NCBI GenBank assembly: GCA_004524565.1
Contig: SDNZ01000003.1
Span: 1 to 62,734, forward strand
Direction: 5' to 3'
From: Candidatus Thorarchaeota archaeon
GTDB lineage: Archaea > Asgardarchaeota > Thorarchaeia > Thorarchaeales > Thorarchaeaceae
Length of the DNA stretch: 62,734 nt
Each line of letters opens with the position of its first letter. Within the stretch, counting starts at the first letter, position 1. Made by a program: the position numbers and the translations under genes. Positions 36,613 through 46,102 of this stretch are shown here, in pieces. Under the pieces are notes generated by a model. The model saw nothing but the letters and a program-made list of their open reading frames with translations. It did not search any database and had not been told where the DNA came from.

Positions 36613-36860
36613 GTACGTGCAGGTTGATGTATTGTCTGTTGAATTTAAAGCACCCATGATTCTTCGAGCTTATTGGGCTCTTGAATTTATAACTTAGAAT
36701 TTCACTTCAAGATCAAATTTGTCCTAAAATGCTATACAAAGTATTTGACAGGAATTGAGATTGATTGTAGTTTTGTATCATCATCAAAGAAATAGCAAAA
36801 AAAAAGTTTCAGTAGACTATTTAGTAGGTTATTCCATGTTTATTTGTTACAAAAACAAAG

Positions 36861-38405
36861 ATGGGGTTTTGTTGTTTGGTAGTAGAGAAACAGAATTCAT
36901 ACCTTGAGAAACATCCACCCAAACAACTTCCCTATACAACTTCATCAATTTGTCCTGAGTGTCTGTACTCCCTGGAAAAAGTGAATGTCATTGAGGCTTT
37001 TGTCTTCGAAGAAGATGGAAAAATATGGATAAGTAAGAGTTGTGACCGCCATGGCTACTTTAGAGACATCTATTGGTCTGATGCAACCCTCTTTCGAAAA
37101 GTAATGAAGTATTGGTACAGATCTATTCCTTTGCATAATCCGCGGACAGTGAGAAACCGAGGTTGTCCATATGATTGTGGTCCATGTCCTAATCACTTCG
37201 CTCAGACTGCTCTAGGATTAATTGATGTCACGAATCGATGCAATATGCAATGTCCGATTTGTTTTGCATCTGCATCTAACCCTGTCATCTATGAACCAAG
37301 TCCCGAACAGGTGCTTGAAATGTTGAAGAACTTACGAGGAAATCTTCCTGGTCCTACAGCTGCAGTACAATTTGCAGGGGGTGAACCAACCCTAAGTGAG
37401 AACCTGATAGATTACGTAAGATGGTCAAATGAGCTTGGATTTAGGCATATTATGGTAGCGACAAACGGGTTGAGATTTGCTAGAAACCCAGATTTTCTCC
37501 GACAACTAGTTGATGTAGGGTTGAAGACTATCTATTTACAATTTGATGGAGTAACGGAGAAACCCTACTTAGAAATGCGTGGAAAGGACTATCGTGATAT
37601 GAAAGACAAAGTTCTCGATAGTGCAAGATATGCCAATTTGGATGGTGTAATACTTGTTCCTACAGTTGCAAAAGGAGTTAATGATGATCAACTGGGTGAC
37701 ATTATAGATTATGCAATTACTAATCGTGATATTGTGAGATGCATTAATTTCCAACCAGTCAGTATCACAGGTAGGATTGATCAAAATGATCGGGATAATA
37801 TTAGAATAACAATACCAGATGCTATTCACTTGATTGAAAACCAGACTAAGGGAGGTGTCAAGGTATCAGATTGGTATCCTGTTTCGTCTATGAATAGTGT
37901 TGGACGGGCTTTGGGACTCTTACGGGGAGAGCACTTTTTCGAGTTGCATTCTCACTTTGCTTGCGGAATGGCTACGTTTCTCTTCATCAATGATGATGGA
38001 AGTTATGTTCCGATAACAGATGTCATTGATCTCGACAATCTTCTCGAAACACTGGAAGATATTTGCAATCTATACGCGGATAAGAAGACTCTTGCAGGAT
38101 TGCGTTCCAAATTGAAACTCATTGGATTAATTCGGAAAATAAAACGGAAGAGCTTCATGAAACCCCTCATCTCTTCGTTTCTAAAGAAAGGCAGCTATAG
38201 TTCATTACGGGCATTCATGAACAAGGTGTTAATGTTAGGGATGATGCACTTCCAAGATGCTTGGAATATGGACCTGGAAAGAGCACAACATTGTACGATT
38301 AACTATGCTACCCCTGATGGAAGAATTATTTCCTTCTGCACCTATAACAACATTCACCGAAAAACAGTAGAAGAGCGTTTTTCTACTTCACAACTGAATG
38401 AATAA
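36861..38405 (+). CDS. tes: Radical SAM enzyme of the tetraether lipid synthase (Tes/GDGT-MAS, MJ0619) family
   Basis: CPEC...CDRHG rubredoxin-like site, GCPYDCGPC, DVTNRCNMQCPICF, H..CG...C.I.Y.TPDGRIISFCTYN. Confidence 0.8.
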   Translation: MGFCCLVVEKQNSYLEKHPPKQLPYTTSSICPECLYSLEKVNVIEAFVFEEDGKIWISKSCDRHGYFRDIYWSDATLFRKVMKYWYRSIPLHNPRTVRNRGCPYDCGPCPNHFAQTALGLIDVTNRCNMQCPICFASASNPVIYEPSPEQVLEMLKNLRGNLPGPTAAVQFAGGEPTLSENLIDYVRWSNELGFRHIMVATNGLRFARNPDFLRQLVDVGLKTIYLQFDGVTEKPYLEMRGKDYRDMKDKVLDSARYANLDGVILVPTVAKGVNDDQLGDIIDYAITNRDIVRCINFQPVSITGRIDQNDRDNIRITIPDAIHLIENQTKGGVKVSDWYPVSSMNSVGRALGLLRGEHFFELHSHFACGMATFLFINDDGSYVPITDVIDLDNLLETLEDICNLYADKKTLAGLRSKLKLIGLIRKIKRKSFMKPLISSFLKKGSYSSLRAFMNKVLMLGMMHFQDAWNMDLERAQHCTINYATPDGRIISFCTYNNIHRKTVEERFSTSQLNE

Positions 38406-38414
38406 TCAAAAATC

Positions 38415-39662
38415 CTACATCTTCATCATGAAGGGACTTTCTAGGGTATCTTTCAGAGCTGCAAGAAATTGACCTGCTGGGGCACCATCGAGAATACGAT
38501 GATCCACAGCACAAGAAGCCATCATCATTGATCGAATAGTGATCTCGTCATTAACAACTACTGGTTGCTTCTTTATTTGTCCTAGTGCCAGGATAGCAGT
38601 TTCGGGAGGATTGATGACAGGTATAAAGAGATCAACTTTGAATGGTCCTAGATTGGATACAGTGAATGTGCTTCCAGTTAGCTCTTCAGGAGTAAGTTTG
38701 TTCTCCTTTGCTCTACTTCCCTTTTCCTTTGTTTCAACAGCAATCTCTGTAATTGATTTCTTGTTAGCATGTGGAACTGTAACAACAATGAGACCATCAT
38801 CTGTTGCCATTGCTACGCCAATGTTTACTTCGTCGAAGATGTGAAGGTCTGTGCCTGCAAGAGCAGCGTTGAATTTCGGAAATCTCTCCAACGTATCAGC
38901 AACAGCTTTCACTATGATATCATTGAATGAAACTCGAATACCATGGACCTTCTCAACTTTGAGATTGATTTCCTTCCTTAGAGCAACTACTTCAGTCATA
39001 TCAATTTCAGTAATCATGGTGATATGTGGATTCTGAGCACTCTGAGTCATTCGTCGAGCAATAGTTCTTCTTAATGGAGTCATACGTTCAACCTTGCTGA
39101 CCTTTCTCTCGTCAGAGATTGAAACTTGTGGGGTTGAATCCTTTCCAGCAATAACATCTTTCTCGACAATTCTTCCTTCCGGACCAGTTCCAACAATCAA
39201 TGATAGATCAATACCAAGTTCCTGAGCTTTCTTTTTCGCTCGCGGTGATGCTTTGATTTTTCCACCAGGTAATCTAGTTTCACTACTTGGCGTACTTACT
39301 TTGGAAGTAAATGGTGCTGATATTTCAGGTGTGGTAATTGGTGTTGTTGCTGGAGTAGGTGCTGTTGGACTTGCAGCATTCAACTTCCTTGGTTTCACAT
39401 CAGGGATTTCCTCGCCTTCTTTACCAATGAACGCAATAGGCTCGCTGATGGGAATTTCATCATTGACTTCACAGAGAATCTTCAGGATAACTCCATCATC
39501 TGGAGCTTCGAGTTCGAACTCATTCTTCTCACCGAATATCTCCACAACGAGGTCTCCTTTCTTGACTTTGTCACCTTCCTTCTTGAGCCATTTGAGAATG
39601 ACACCGTATTCCATTGCAACACTCATGCGCTGCATGATCATGGTTGTGACCATAATTATCAC
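38415..39662 (-). CDS. 2-oxoacid/acetoin dehydrogenase E2 (dihydrolipoamide acyltransferase)
   Basis: Lipoyl domain, Ala/Pro/Thr linker, ASPRAKKKA E3-binding domain, DHRILDG. Confidence 0.93.
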   Translation of the reverse strand: MIIMVTTMIMQRMSVAMEYGVILKWLKKEGDKVKKGDLVVEIFGEKNEFELEAPDDGVILKILCEVNDEIPISEPIAFIGKEGEEIPDVKPRKLNAASPTAPTPATTPITTPEISAPFTSKVSTPSSETRLPGGKIKASPRAKKKAQELGIDLSLIVGTGPEGRIVEKDVIAGKDSTPQVSISDERKVSKVERMTPLRRTIARRMTQSAQNPHITMITEIDMTEVVALRKEINLKVEKVHGIRVSFNDIIVKAVADTLERFPKFNAALAGTDLHIFDEVNIGVAMATDDGLIVVTVPHANKKSITEIAVETKEKGSRAKENKLTPEELTGSTFTVSNLGPFKVDLFIPVINPPETAILALGQIKKQPVVVNDEITIRSMMMASCAVDHRILDGAPAGQFLAALKDTLESPFMMKM

Positions 39663-40637
39663 CTATACAATATCTCGAACAGCTTGTGCAATTCTCTTGT
39701 TATCAGGGATGAAGTAGTTCTCCAATGGTGGGCTAAATGGCACAGGAGTATCTGGTGCGTTCACTCTCTTGATTGGCGCATCCAACCAGTCAAAGGCTTC
39801 TTCCTGAACAATTGCTGCAATCTCTGCAGTTGTTGCTCCAGTCTTAGTTTCTTCTGTGACAAGTACCAATCTACCGGTCTTCTTAACTGACTCGATGAGA
39901 GTCTTTTTATCTAGAGGGACTAATGTTCGGGGATCTATCACTTCAACGCTGATTCCTTCTTTCTGAAGTTCTTCGGCAACCTCAAGAGCTTTATGCAGCA
40001 TGATGAATGTGCCCCAAATTGTGACATCTGCACCTTCACGTCGCACTTTTGCTTCCCCAAAGGGAATGAGGTACTCATCATCTGGTACTTCCTCTTTCTT
40101 GTCATAGACTAGTTTGTGTTCAGCAAAGAGTACGGGGTCGGGGTCTCTAATTGCAGTCTTGATTAATCCTTTCACATCTGAAGCAAAGGCTGGTACTGCA
40201 ACCTTGAGACCCGGTGTATGCATGAACCATGATTCCAAGCTTTGTGAGTGATGTGAAGCGATATTCTTTCCACCACCAAAAACGGTTCTCAAAACTAGTG
40301 GGACTGATGTCTGTCCTCCGAACATGTACCTCATCTTTGCTGCTTGATTACACACTTGGTCCATTGCTAGGGTAATGAGATCTCCAAACATAATTTCTGC
40401 AACTGGTCTCATACCAGTAATAGCTGCACCAACTGCCGCTCCTGCGATTGTATTCTCTGAGATTGGTGTGTCTCGAACTCGTTCTACTCCGAACTCTTCC
40501 GCTAGACCTTTAGTCACCTTGAAGGCTCCGCCCCAATTAAGACCGATATCTTCTCCGAGAAGGAATACACGTTCATCACGGAGCATCTCTTCGCGAATCC
40601 CTGCTTTGAGAGCTTCTCTGTATACCATCTCTGTCAT
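39663..40637 (-). CDS. 2-oxoacid/acetoin dehydrogenase E1 beta
   Basis: LLGEDIG, RVRDTPISE, RPVAEIMF, HHSQS, DPVLFAEHK. Confidence 0.94.
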   Translation of the reverse strand: MTEMVYREALKAGIREEMLRDERVFLLGEDIGLNWGGAFKVTKGLAEEFGVERVRDTPISENTIAGAAVGAAITGMRPVAEIMFGDLITLAMDQVCNQAAKMRYMFGGQTSVPLVLRTVFGGGKNIASHHSQSLESWFMHTPGLKVAVPAFASDVKGLIKTAIRDPDPVLFAEHKLVYDKKEEVPDDEYLIPFGEAKVRREGADVTIWGTFIMLHKALEVAEELQKEGISVEVIDPRTLVPLDKKTLIESVKKTGRLVLVTEETKTGATTAEIAAIVQEEAFDWLDAPIKRVNAPDTPVPFSPPLENYFIPDNKRIAQAVRDIV

Positions 40638-41612
40638 CTAGAACGCCTCCGCATAGACATCATCCAGAGTTTCTTCGGGTTCTGGAAAGTCAGATTTCTT
40701 TGCGAATTCTCCTGCCTTGTCTACTTCTTTCTGTAGTTTTTCACGTATCTTTTCAGCGTCCTTTTCAGTGATTGCACCTTGTTCGATAGCAATCTTTTGA
40801 ATAACATTTACCGCATCTTTCTCACCACTGAGCCAATGATCTGCTTCTTCTTGTGGTCGGTATTTTGCTGGATCAAATCTAGAGTGTCCTTTCATTCTGT
40901 ATGTTTGACATTCAATGAGTGTTGGACCTCCACCTTCTCGAGCTCGCTTGACAGCTTCAACTGTTGCTTCATAAACTTCGAGAGCATTATTACCATCAAC
41001 GACTTGACTTGGAATACAATAACCCTCAGCTCTCTGGGCAACCGTTGAACTTGGACAAGTGAGTTTGATAGGTGTTCCCATCGCATAGAAATTGTTCTCA
41101 ACAATCCAGACTAAAGGCAACTTCCAGATGGCTGACATGTTCAATGATTCACCAAAAGTTCCATTGTTTGAAGCTCCATCTCCGAAGAAACATACCACTA
41201 CGTCGTCAGTCTTTCTCATTTGACATGATAGTGCGGCACCGACTGCTATTGGTAGACCTGATGCTACAACACCTGTTGCTCCCAATACCCCCACATCAAA
41301 CTGCGTGATGTGCATTGATCCGCCCTTACCCTTACATGAACCTGTCTTCTTGCCCAGTAATTCAGCTAAGGCGGCGTTCATATCCGCACCTTTTGCTACA
41401 ACATGCCCGTGTCCTCTATGAGAGCTCTGAATCCAGTCAGAATCCTTGAGTGCTGTTGTTACTCCTGCTGCCACTCCTTCCTGTCCTAGATACAGATGTA
41501 GTGTCCCAGGAACTATATTTTCTCCGAATAAATCCCAGACCTTCTCTTCAAAGAGTCTTGTCTTCAGAGTTCTTGTGAATAACTCCTTGAGGATCTTCTT
41601 GTCAACTGTCAT
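40638..41612 (-). CDS. 2-oxoacid/acetoin dehydrogenase E1 alpha (TPP-dependent, AcoA/PdhA-like)
   Basis: HLYLGQE, HRGHGH, GKGGSMH, GDGASN...ENN, TYRMKGHS. Confidence 0.94.
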   Translation of the reverse strand: MTVDKKILKELFTRTLKTRLFEEKVWDLFGENIVPGTLHLYLGQEGVAAGVTTALKDSDWIQSSHRGHGHVVAKGADMNAALAELLGKKTGSCKGKGGSMHITQFDVGVLGATGVVASGLPIAVGAALSCQMRKTDDVVVCFFGDGASNNGTFGESLNMSAIWKLPLVWIVENNFYAMGTPIKLTCPSSTVAQRAEGYCIPSQVVDGNNALEVYEATVEAVKRAREGGGPTLIECQTYRMKGHSRFDPAKYRPQEEADHWLSGEKDAVNVIQKIAIEQGAITEKDAEKIREKLQKEVDKAGEFAKKSDFPEPEETLDDVYAEAF

Positions 41613-42009
41613 TATCTAATACACTACCTTGTGAAGACTAAGAGCTTCTGGAGGGCTCCACTAATCTAAGTTGATAAAGGCTTCGAAGTAGCCGATTCCT
41701 TTTTACTAAATATCTCTAGCAATATTTGGTTTTAGAAGAGGCAGACAGCATACGCGAGATATTATCTTCACAATAGTTACCTCCGATTGGTCGGAAAAAT
41801 ATATGTGTCTGTGAAGACACATCAACGCTTAAGATAGACTATGACATCAAAAAAAATAGGGATGTCGGAATTTAGAACGTTGCTACAGAATGCAATTGTT
41901 GGAATTGGATTGGATTGTTCCGCATCCCTTCCTTGTTCTCCCTAGATATTTTACTATTCCAATAATTAATAGGACAAAATGACCACAGCTGGATAAAGTG
42001 TGTAGCAGG

Positions 42010-42795
42010 ATGAACGAAGAGAACGGAAGTCTGTCTTCAAAATCAGGATACGAGGGAGTTGGTCGTTTCTACGATCTCTTCACTGATAATTCAGACATTC
42101 CCTTCTTCTTGAAATGTGCAAAGAATTATGGGTCTCCGATATTGGACTTGGCAGCTGGTACTGGTCGTATCTCATTTGCATTGGCAAAAGAAGGACATGC
42201 TGTTGTGGCTCTTGAACAATCTCCTTCGATGCTTGAAGTTGCTAGGCTAAAATTAGAGTCTACAAATCCATCAATTGCTAGCAATGTGACGATTATTGAA
42301 GGTGACATGACTCAATTCAATTTTGACCAAAAATTCCCACTAATTATAATTCCAAACTCAATTGGCCACGCAATTACTACAGAAGAACAACTTTCTACAC
42401 TTCAGTGCGTACACCATCATCTTACAGATAACGGAACCTTCATACTTGACATCTATCCTGGTGCTCTCCAACATGAACATGCTGAATTCAAGGAGATACC
42501 TGTATCACTTGCTGATGGGACTACAGTTGAGAGACATGGCAAAATTCACACTGATATGCTTCGTCAAATAATGCGTATCGATTTGGACTACATAGTTCGT
42601 GATGCGAATCAGAACATCGTTGAAGAAGTACATGTGGAGTCCTACGCAGCACTACTTTTTGATCGAGAAGTGAATCTCCTCATCCGAATAGCTGGATTTG
42701 AAATAGAAAATGAATTTGGGGGTTTTGATCAATCACCTTATTCACAATACAGCTCTCGTCGAATATTGATATTGAAAAAGAGTAGGGAAGAATAG
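42010..42795 (+). CDS. Class I SAM-dependent methyltransferase
   Basis: ILDLAAGTGRI, EGDMTQF. Start set at ATG 42010. Confidence 0.87.
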   Translation: MNEENGSLSSKSGYEGVGRFYDLFTDNSDIPFFLKCAKNYGSPILDLAAGTGRISFALAKEGHAVVALEQSPSMLEVARLKLESTNPSIASNVTIIEGDMTQFNFDQKFPLIIIPNSIGHAITTEEQLSTLQCVHHHLTDNGTFILDIYPGALQHEHAEFKEIPVSLADGTTVERHGKIHTDMLRQIMRIDLDYIVRDANQNIVEEVHVESYAALLFDREVNLLIRIAGFEIENEFGGFDQSPYSQYSSRRILILKKSREE

Positions 42796-42797
42796 GC

Positions 42798-42817
42798 AGG
42801 GGGAAGTCAATCCCCCT
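42798..42817. terminator. Hairpin between convergent genes
   Basis: aggggga-agtcaa-tccccct directly after the methyltransferase stop. Confidence 0.3.
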
Positions 42818-42858
42818 ACTTAGAATAAACGTTGGGGTGAAGGCCCGGAATATTTATT

Positions 42859-44100
42859 CTATTTCATTTCTTCGGGATTAGGTAGTTTATCCACTTTCTT
42901 GGGTTCTTCTCTGAATTCTACACCATTCTCAGATTCGAGGCTTTCAGTGTAGAGTGTTTCACCTTCTACGATTGCATCACGCTCAATGTAGATCTTGCGA
43001 CCATAGAGATTACCTACACGAGCGCGTTCTTCAATGCGAATGTCATCACCATGAAGTGATTCTGTTCTGGCACGCTCACGAATCAGAATCTCTTTCGATT
43101 CTACAGGTCCTCTGACCTCAGCACGTTTTCCAATCCTTATACCATCTGTGGCTTTTGTGTATTCCGCAGAGATTTCACCACCAACGATGATTCGGAATGT
43201 ATGAATTCTACCATCCACTCTGACAGTTCCACCAACTTTGATTTTGTCTTCACAGGTAAGGTTTCCTTCAACTGCTACAGTGCCACCGACCTCAATTGCA
43301 CCTGTGGTGGTTAGATCACCCTCAGTCTTCAAAGTACCACCTACATTGACTGATTCGCCATGTGCGACCCCGCCCAGTTTGACAGTGCCACCAACATCAA
43401 TCTCACCAAATTCAATATCTCCTTCAGCTTTGAAGGTTCCACCGATATCGACATTTTTAACCTTTGAACCTGGACCCACTTTAGCTGAACCGCCAACATC
43501 TAAGTCATCGATTTCAATAGCTTCCTCCGCCTTGAAACTTCCACCAACTGATACTTTTTTGATGGTACCAGTTACGACCTTTCCAGATCCGCCAGCATCC
43601 AGTTCTTCAGCATTGATTGTACCGTATACCACTACTGAGCCGCCTCCGGCAATCCTTTCAACAGTACAGTCACCCTCAATTTTAACAGATGCTCCGCCAG
43701 TCGCTCTTTGAGCAACTGCGTTACCTGTTACTTTGATTGAAGCTCCTGCTTTTGCGGATATACAATTTAGATTTCCACCGACTTGAAGAGACGCTCCGAC
43801 TTCGATATCACGAGAATCCAGATTTCCTTCTACACTGATTGATCCTTTACGAGCATCAATACCACTTGTTGCAATTAAATCACCAAGTACAGCGATTCGG
43901 TCTCTAGTTTTTAATATCAAACTGTCACATTTGAGGGATCCTTCTATGTCCAAATCCCCAAACACAGTCAAGGTCCCTGAGATGATAATCTCATTACCCT
44001 GTTGAGGTCGAAGTGATCTACAGTTGCGAATCTCTACATCACCATCGGTAGTGCTGAGTTCGACAACGCTTTCATTTTTGTATTCAAATTTTTCTGCCAT
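42859..44100 (-). CDS. Long bactofilin-like (polymer-forming cytoskeletal) beta-helix protein
   Basis: At least 13 consecutive ~17-aa G(G/A)(S/T)x-repeats; C-terminus resembles B. subtilis YhbE/YhbF. GGTGA SD before ATG 44100. Confidence 0.75.
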   Translation of the reverse strand: MAEKFEYKNESVVELSTTDGDVEIRNCRSLRPQQGNEIIISGTLTVFGDLDIEGSLKCDSLILKTRDRIAVLGDLIATSGIDARKGSISVEGNLDSRDIEVGASLQVGGNLNCISAKAGASIKVTGNAVAQRATGGASVKIEGDCTVERIAGGGSVVVYGTINAEELDAGGSGKVVTGTIKKVSVGGSFKAEEAIEIDDLDVGGSAKVGPGSKVKNVDIGGTFKAEGDIEFGEIDVGGTVKLGGVAHGESVNVGGTLKTEGDLTTTGAIEVGGTVAVEGNLTCEDKIKVGGTVRVDGRIHTFRIIVGGEISAEYTKATDGIRIGKRAEVRGPVESKEILIRERARTESLHGDDIRIEERARVGNLYGRKIYIERDAIVEGETLYTESLESENGVEFREEPKKVDKLPNPEEMK

Positions 44101-44207
44101 TTTGGCCTTCACCAATTGTTATTTTCTAAGATTAGTTCCCTTAATTCTGCATATAAGCAGAAGTCACATCATGAAGTCACAATTTGTTACTAGGCTATTC
44201 GGTTTTT

Positions 44208-44543
44208 TTACATTCCAATGATTGGTTCTGGAATCGGAATTCCAACGAGACCGGCCATTCGCTTGTATAGTTCTAAGTATTGGTGACCTCGTACTGTGAC
44301 CTTGTACACTCGCATACCTTCGTCATCATCTTCTTCCAAGAGCCCTCGCTCACAGAGTTCTCCTATTGATTCTTTTGCGCGGTCAACCGGCATATTGGTG
44401 GATCTTGCTGCTCTAGTTAATGGACAATATCCCCAGATGTAGACTACGCGCAGTAGCTCGGCATAGATATCGTAACGTGTACGTTTCTGAAGTTCTTTCC
44501 TCTTCCTCTTCTTTGGTGCAACAAACGCTTTCTCTTCTGACAT
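44208..44543 (-). CDS. Archaeal winged-helix transcription regulator
   Basis: RTRYDIYAELL...LTRAARSTNM...GLL...YKVTVRG..YLE. Confidence 0.85.
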   Translation of the reverse strand: MSEEKAFVAPKKRKRKELQKRTRYDIYAELLRVVYIWGYCPLTRAARSTNMPVDRAKESIGELCERGLLEEDDDEGMRVYKVTVRGHQYLELYKRMAGLVGIPIPEPIIGM

Positions 44544-44678
44544 CTTTACCGACCTCTAGCAGTTGAGTACTTTCGTGGTTTAAAGTCTACTGAAATCCGC
44601 TATAGTGACGCGCTCTACTAAACACTAGTAACTCTTATGTTTTGAGAAAGATGCTCTTTGTTACTGGCCGGAGTAAAT

Positions 44679-45413
44679 ATGATACGGAATCTGTATATTG
44701 TGAAGGCTGATGGTGAGCCACTCTACGGTAGATCCATGGAGGAAGGCAGGGTTATTGATTTGAATATACTTCCTCACTTTGTTAGAAATAGTGTCACACT
44801 CTTTCATTCACGATCAAGTACATCCTCTGAACGAGTCTATATTTTAGAACATAGTGATTCTATATGGGCTTACGTTTTCTTCCATTCATTTGCTCTTGTG
44901 TCCCTATCCGATAAAGAAGATGCACTAGCTGATCTCAAGAACATGGTACTTGCAATGGGGCAAAGCATAGCTCATAGATTTGGTGAGATGATATCTTCGT
45001 GGAGTGGAAGCATGTCTGAGATTGTTGATATCGACGAACTGATTGATCAGTATATTTCTGTCAATCTTGAACCACCCTCAGAGAAACTAATGAAAAAGAT
45101 TGAGAAGCAAGTCCATAAGGCTCTGTTAAGGCCTGAGATTGTTTTTGCAGGAGTATTTGATGCTGGTGGTCAAATGATTGAAGGAAATCTTCCTAGCACA
45201 CACTTATTCAGAATTGAAGTGGAAGTTTCCCAAGGAGTCATCTCGCCGGTGATGGACATCGTTCCTACCTGTGTTAATTCTGGAGACTATAAGCTCCAGA
45301 TGTTACGAGTGAATTCTCTGACCGTTGTCGTAGCCTCACATGTCAATGAGAGTACGATGAGAGCAGTAGCAGTAGCTAGTGAAATCGCACAGAATCTTTA
45401 CGATCTCATGTAA
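44679..45413 (+). CDS. Longin-like + Roadblock/LC7-like fusion protein
   Basis: IRNLYIVKADGEPLY...WSGSMSE.VDIDELI (longin pattern); IVFAGVFDAGGQMIEGNL...LTVVVAS...A..IAQ.L (roadblock pattern). Confidence 0.6.
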   Translation: MIRNLYIVKADGEPLYGRSMEEGRVIDLNILPHFVRNSVTLFHSRSSTSSERVYILEHSDSIWAYVFFHSFALVSLSDKEDALADLKNMVLAMGQSIAHRFGEMISSWSGSMSEIVDIDELIDQYISVNLEPPSEKLMKKIEKQVHKALLRPEIVFAGVFDAGGQMIEGNLPSTHLFRIEVEVSQGVISPVMDIVPTCVNSGDYKLQMLRVNSLTVVVASHVNESTMRAVAVASEIAQNLYDLM

Positions 45414-45481
45414 GCTTTCAGCACTTTGACGAAAGACAAAAGTAGTGCGTCTGTGGTGTATCTTTCTATTGGAGAGGTTAC

Positions 45482-46102
45482 ATGATGCGTATTGTTGGAA
45501 TTTCAGGGTCTCCTAAGAAAGAAAAATCAAATACCCAATTTCTTCTATCAAAAGCACTTGAGGCTACATCTGCAGATACAAGACTGATTAACATTAGTGA
45601 ATATGATATTCGCCATTGTACAGGTTGTGACTCGTGTGTTAGGAAAAAAACCTGTCCCGAAAGTGCTCATGACGATATGCCAAAACTGGAAGAAGAATTA
45701 CGAAAAGCTGATGCTATAATAATCGCCGCTCCTTCATACTTCACTTCTGTTCCCGGCGTCCTCAAAGATTTCATCGATCGTTCACGAGCTATGAAGATGC
45801 TTGACCATCAATTGAAGGACAAGGTATTCGGTGCTTTGACGTATGCTGGTCTTAGATACGGAGGTCAAGAACATGTCATTGATGTATTGAATCGATATGC
45901 CTTAGGTCAGGGAATGATTGTTGTTGGGGCAGTGGGAAGCCCAGTTAAACATGGTACATTTGGTTCAGGCAGTCTCCAAACCGATGAAGGCTCTTGGAGG
46001 TCTGCTTTGAATGATGAACTTGCGATTAAGGGAAGTATTCTCCTTGGTGAGCGGGTTGCTTACTTAGCAGGTCGTATCAAAGACTCTGAGGTGCGCATGT
46101 GA
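45482..46102 (+). CDS. Iron-sulfur flavoprotein / flavodoxin family
   Basis: GISGSP, CTGCDSC...C, APSYF, FIDR, YGGQE. Confidence 0.88.
   Translation: MMRIVGISGSPKKEKSNTQFLLSKALEATSADTRLINISEYDIRHCTGCDSCVRKKTCPESAHDDMPKLEEELRKADAIIIAAPSYFTSVPGVLKDFIDRSRAMKMLDHQLKDKVFGALTYAGLRYGGQEHVIDVLNRYALGQGMIVVGAVGSPVKHGTFGSGSLQTDEGSWRSALNDELAIKGSILLGERVAYLAGRIKDSEVRM

Noticed and set aside
36700-36713. Possible further ADH remnant (atcttgaagtgaaa vs atcttgaattgaaa at 33257) upstream of the scar
   Set aside because: Only 14 AT-rich nt, and the spacing differs by 17 nt, so it was not used as evidence.
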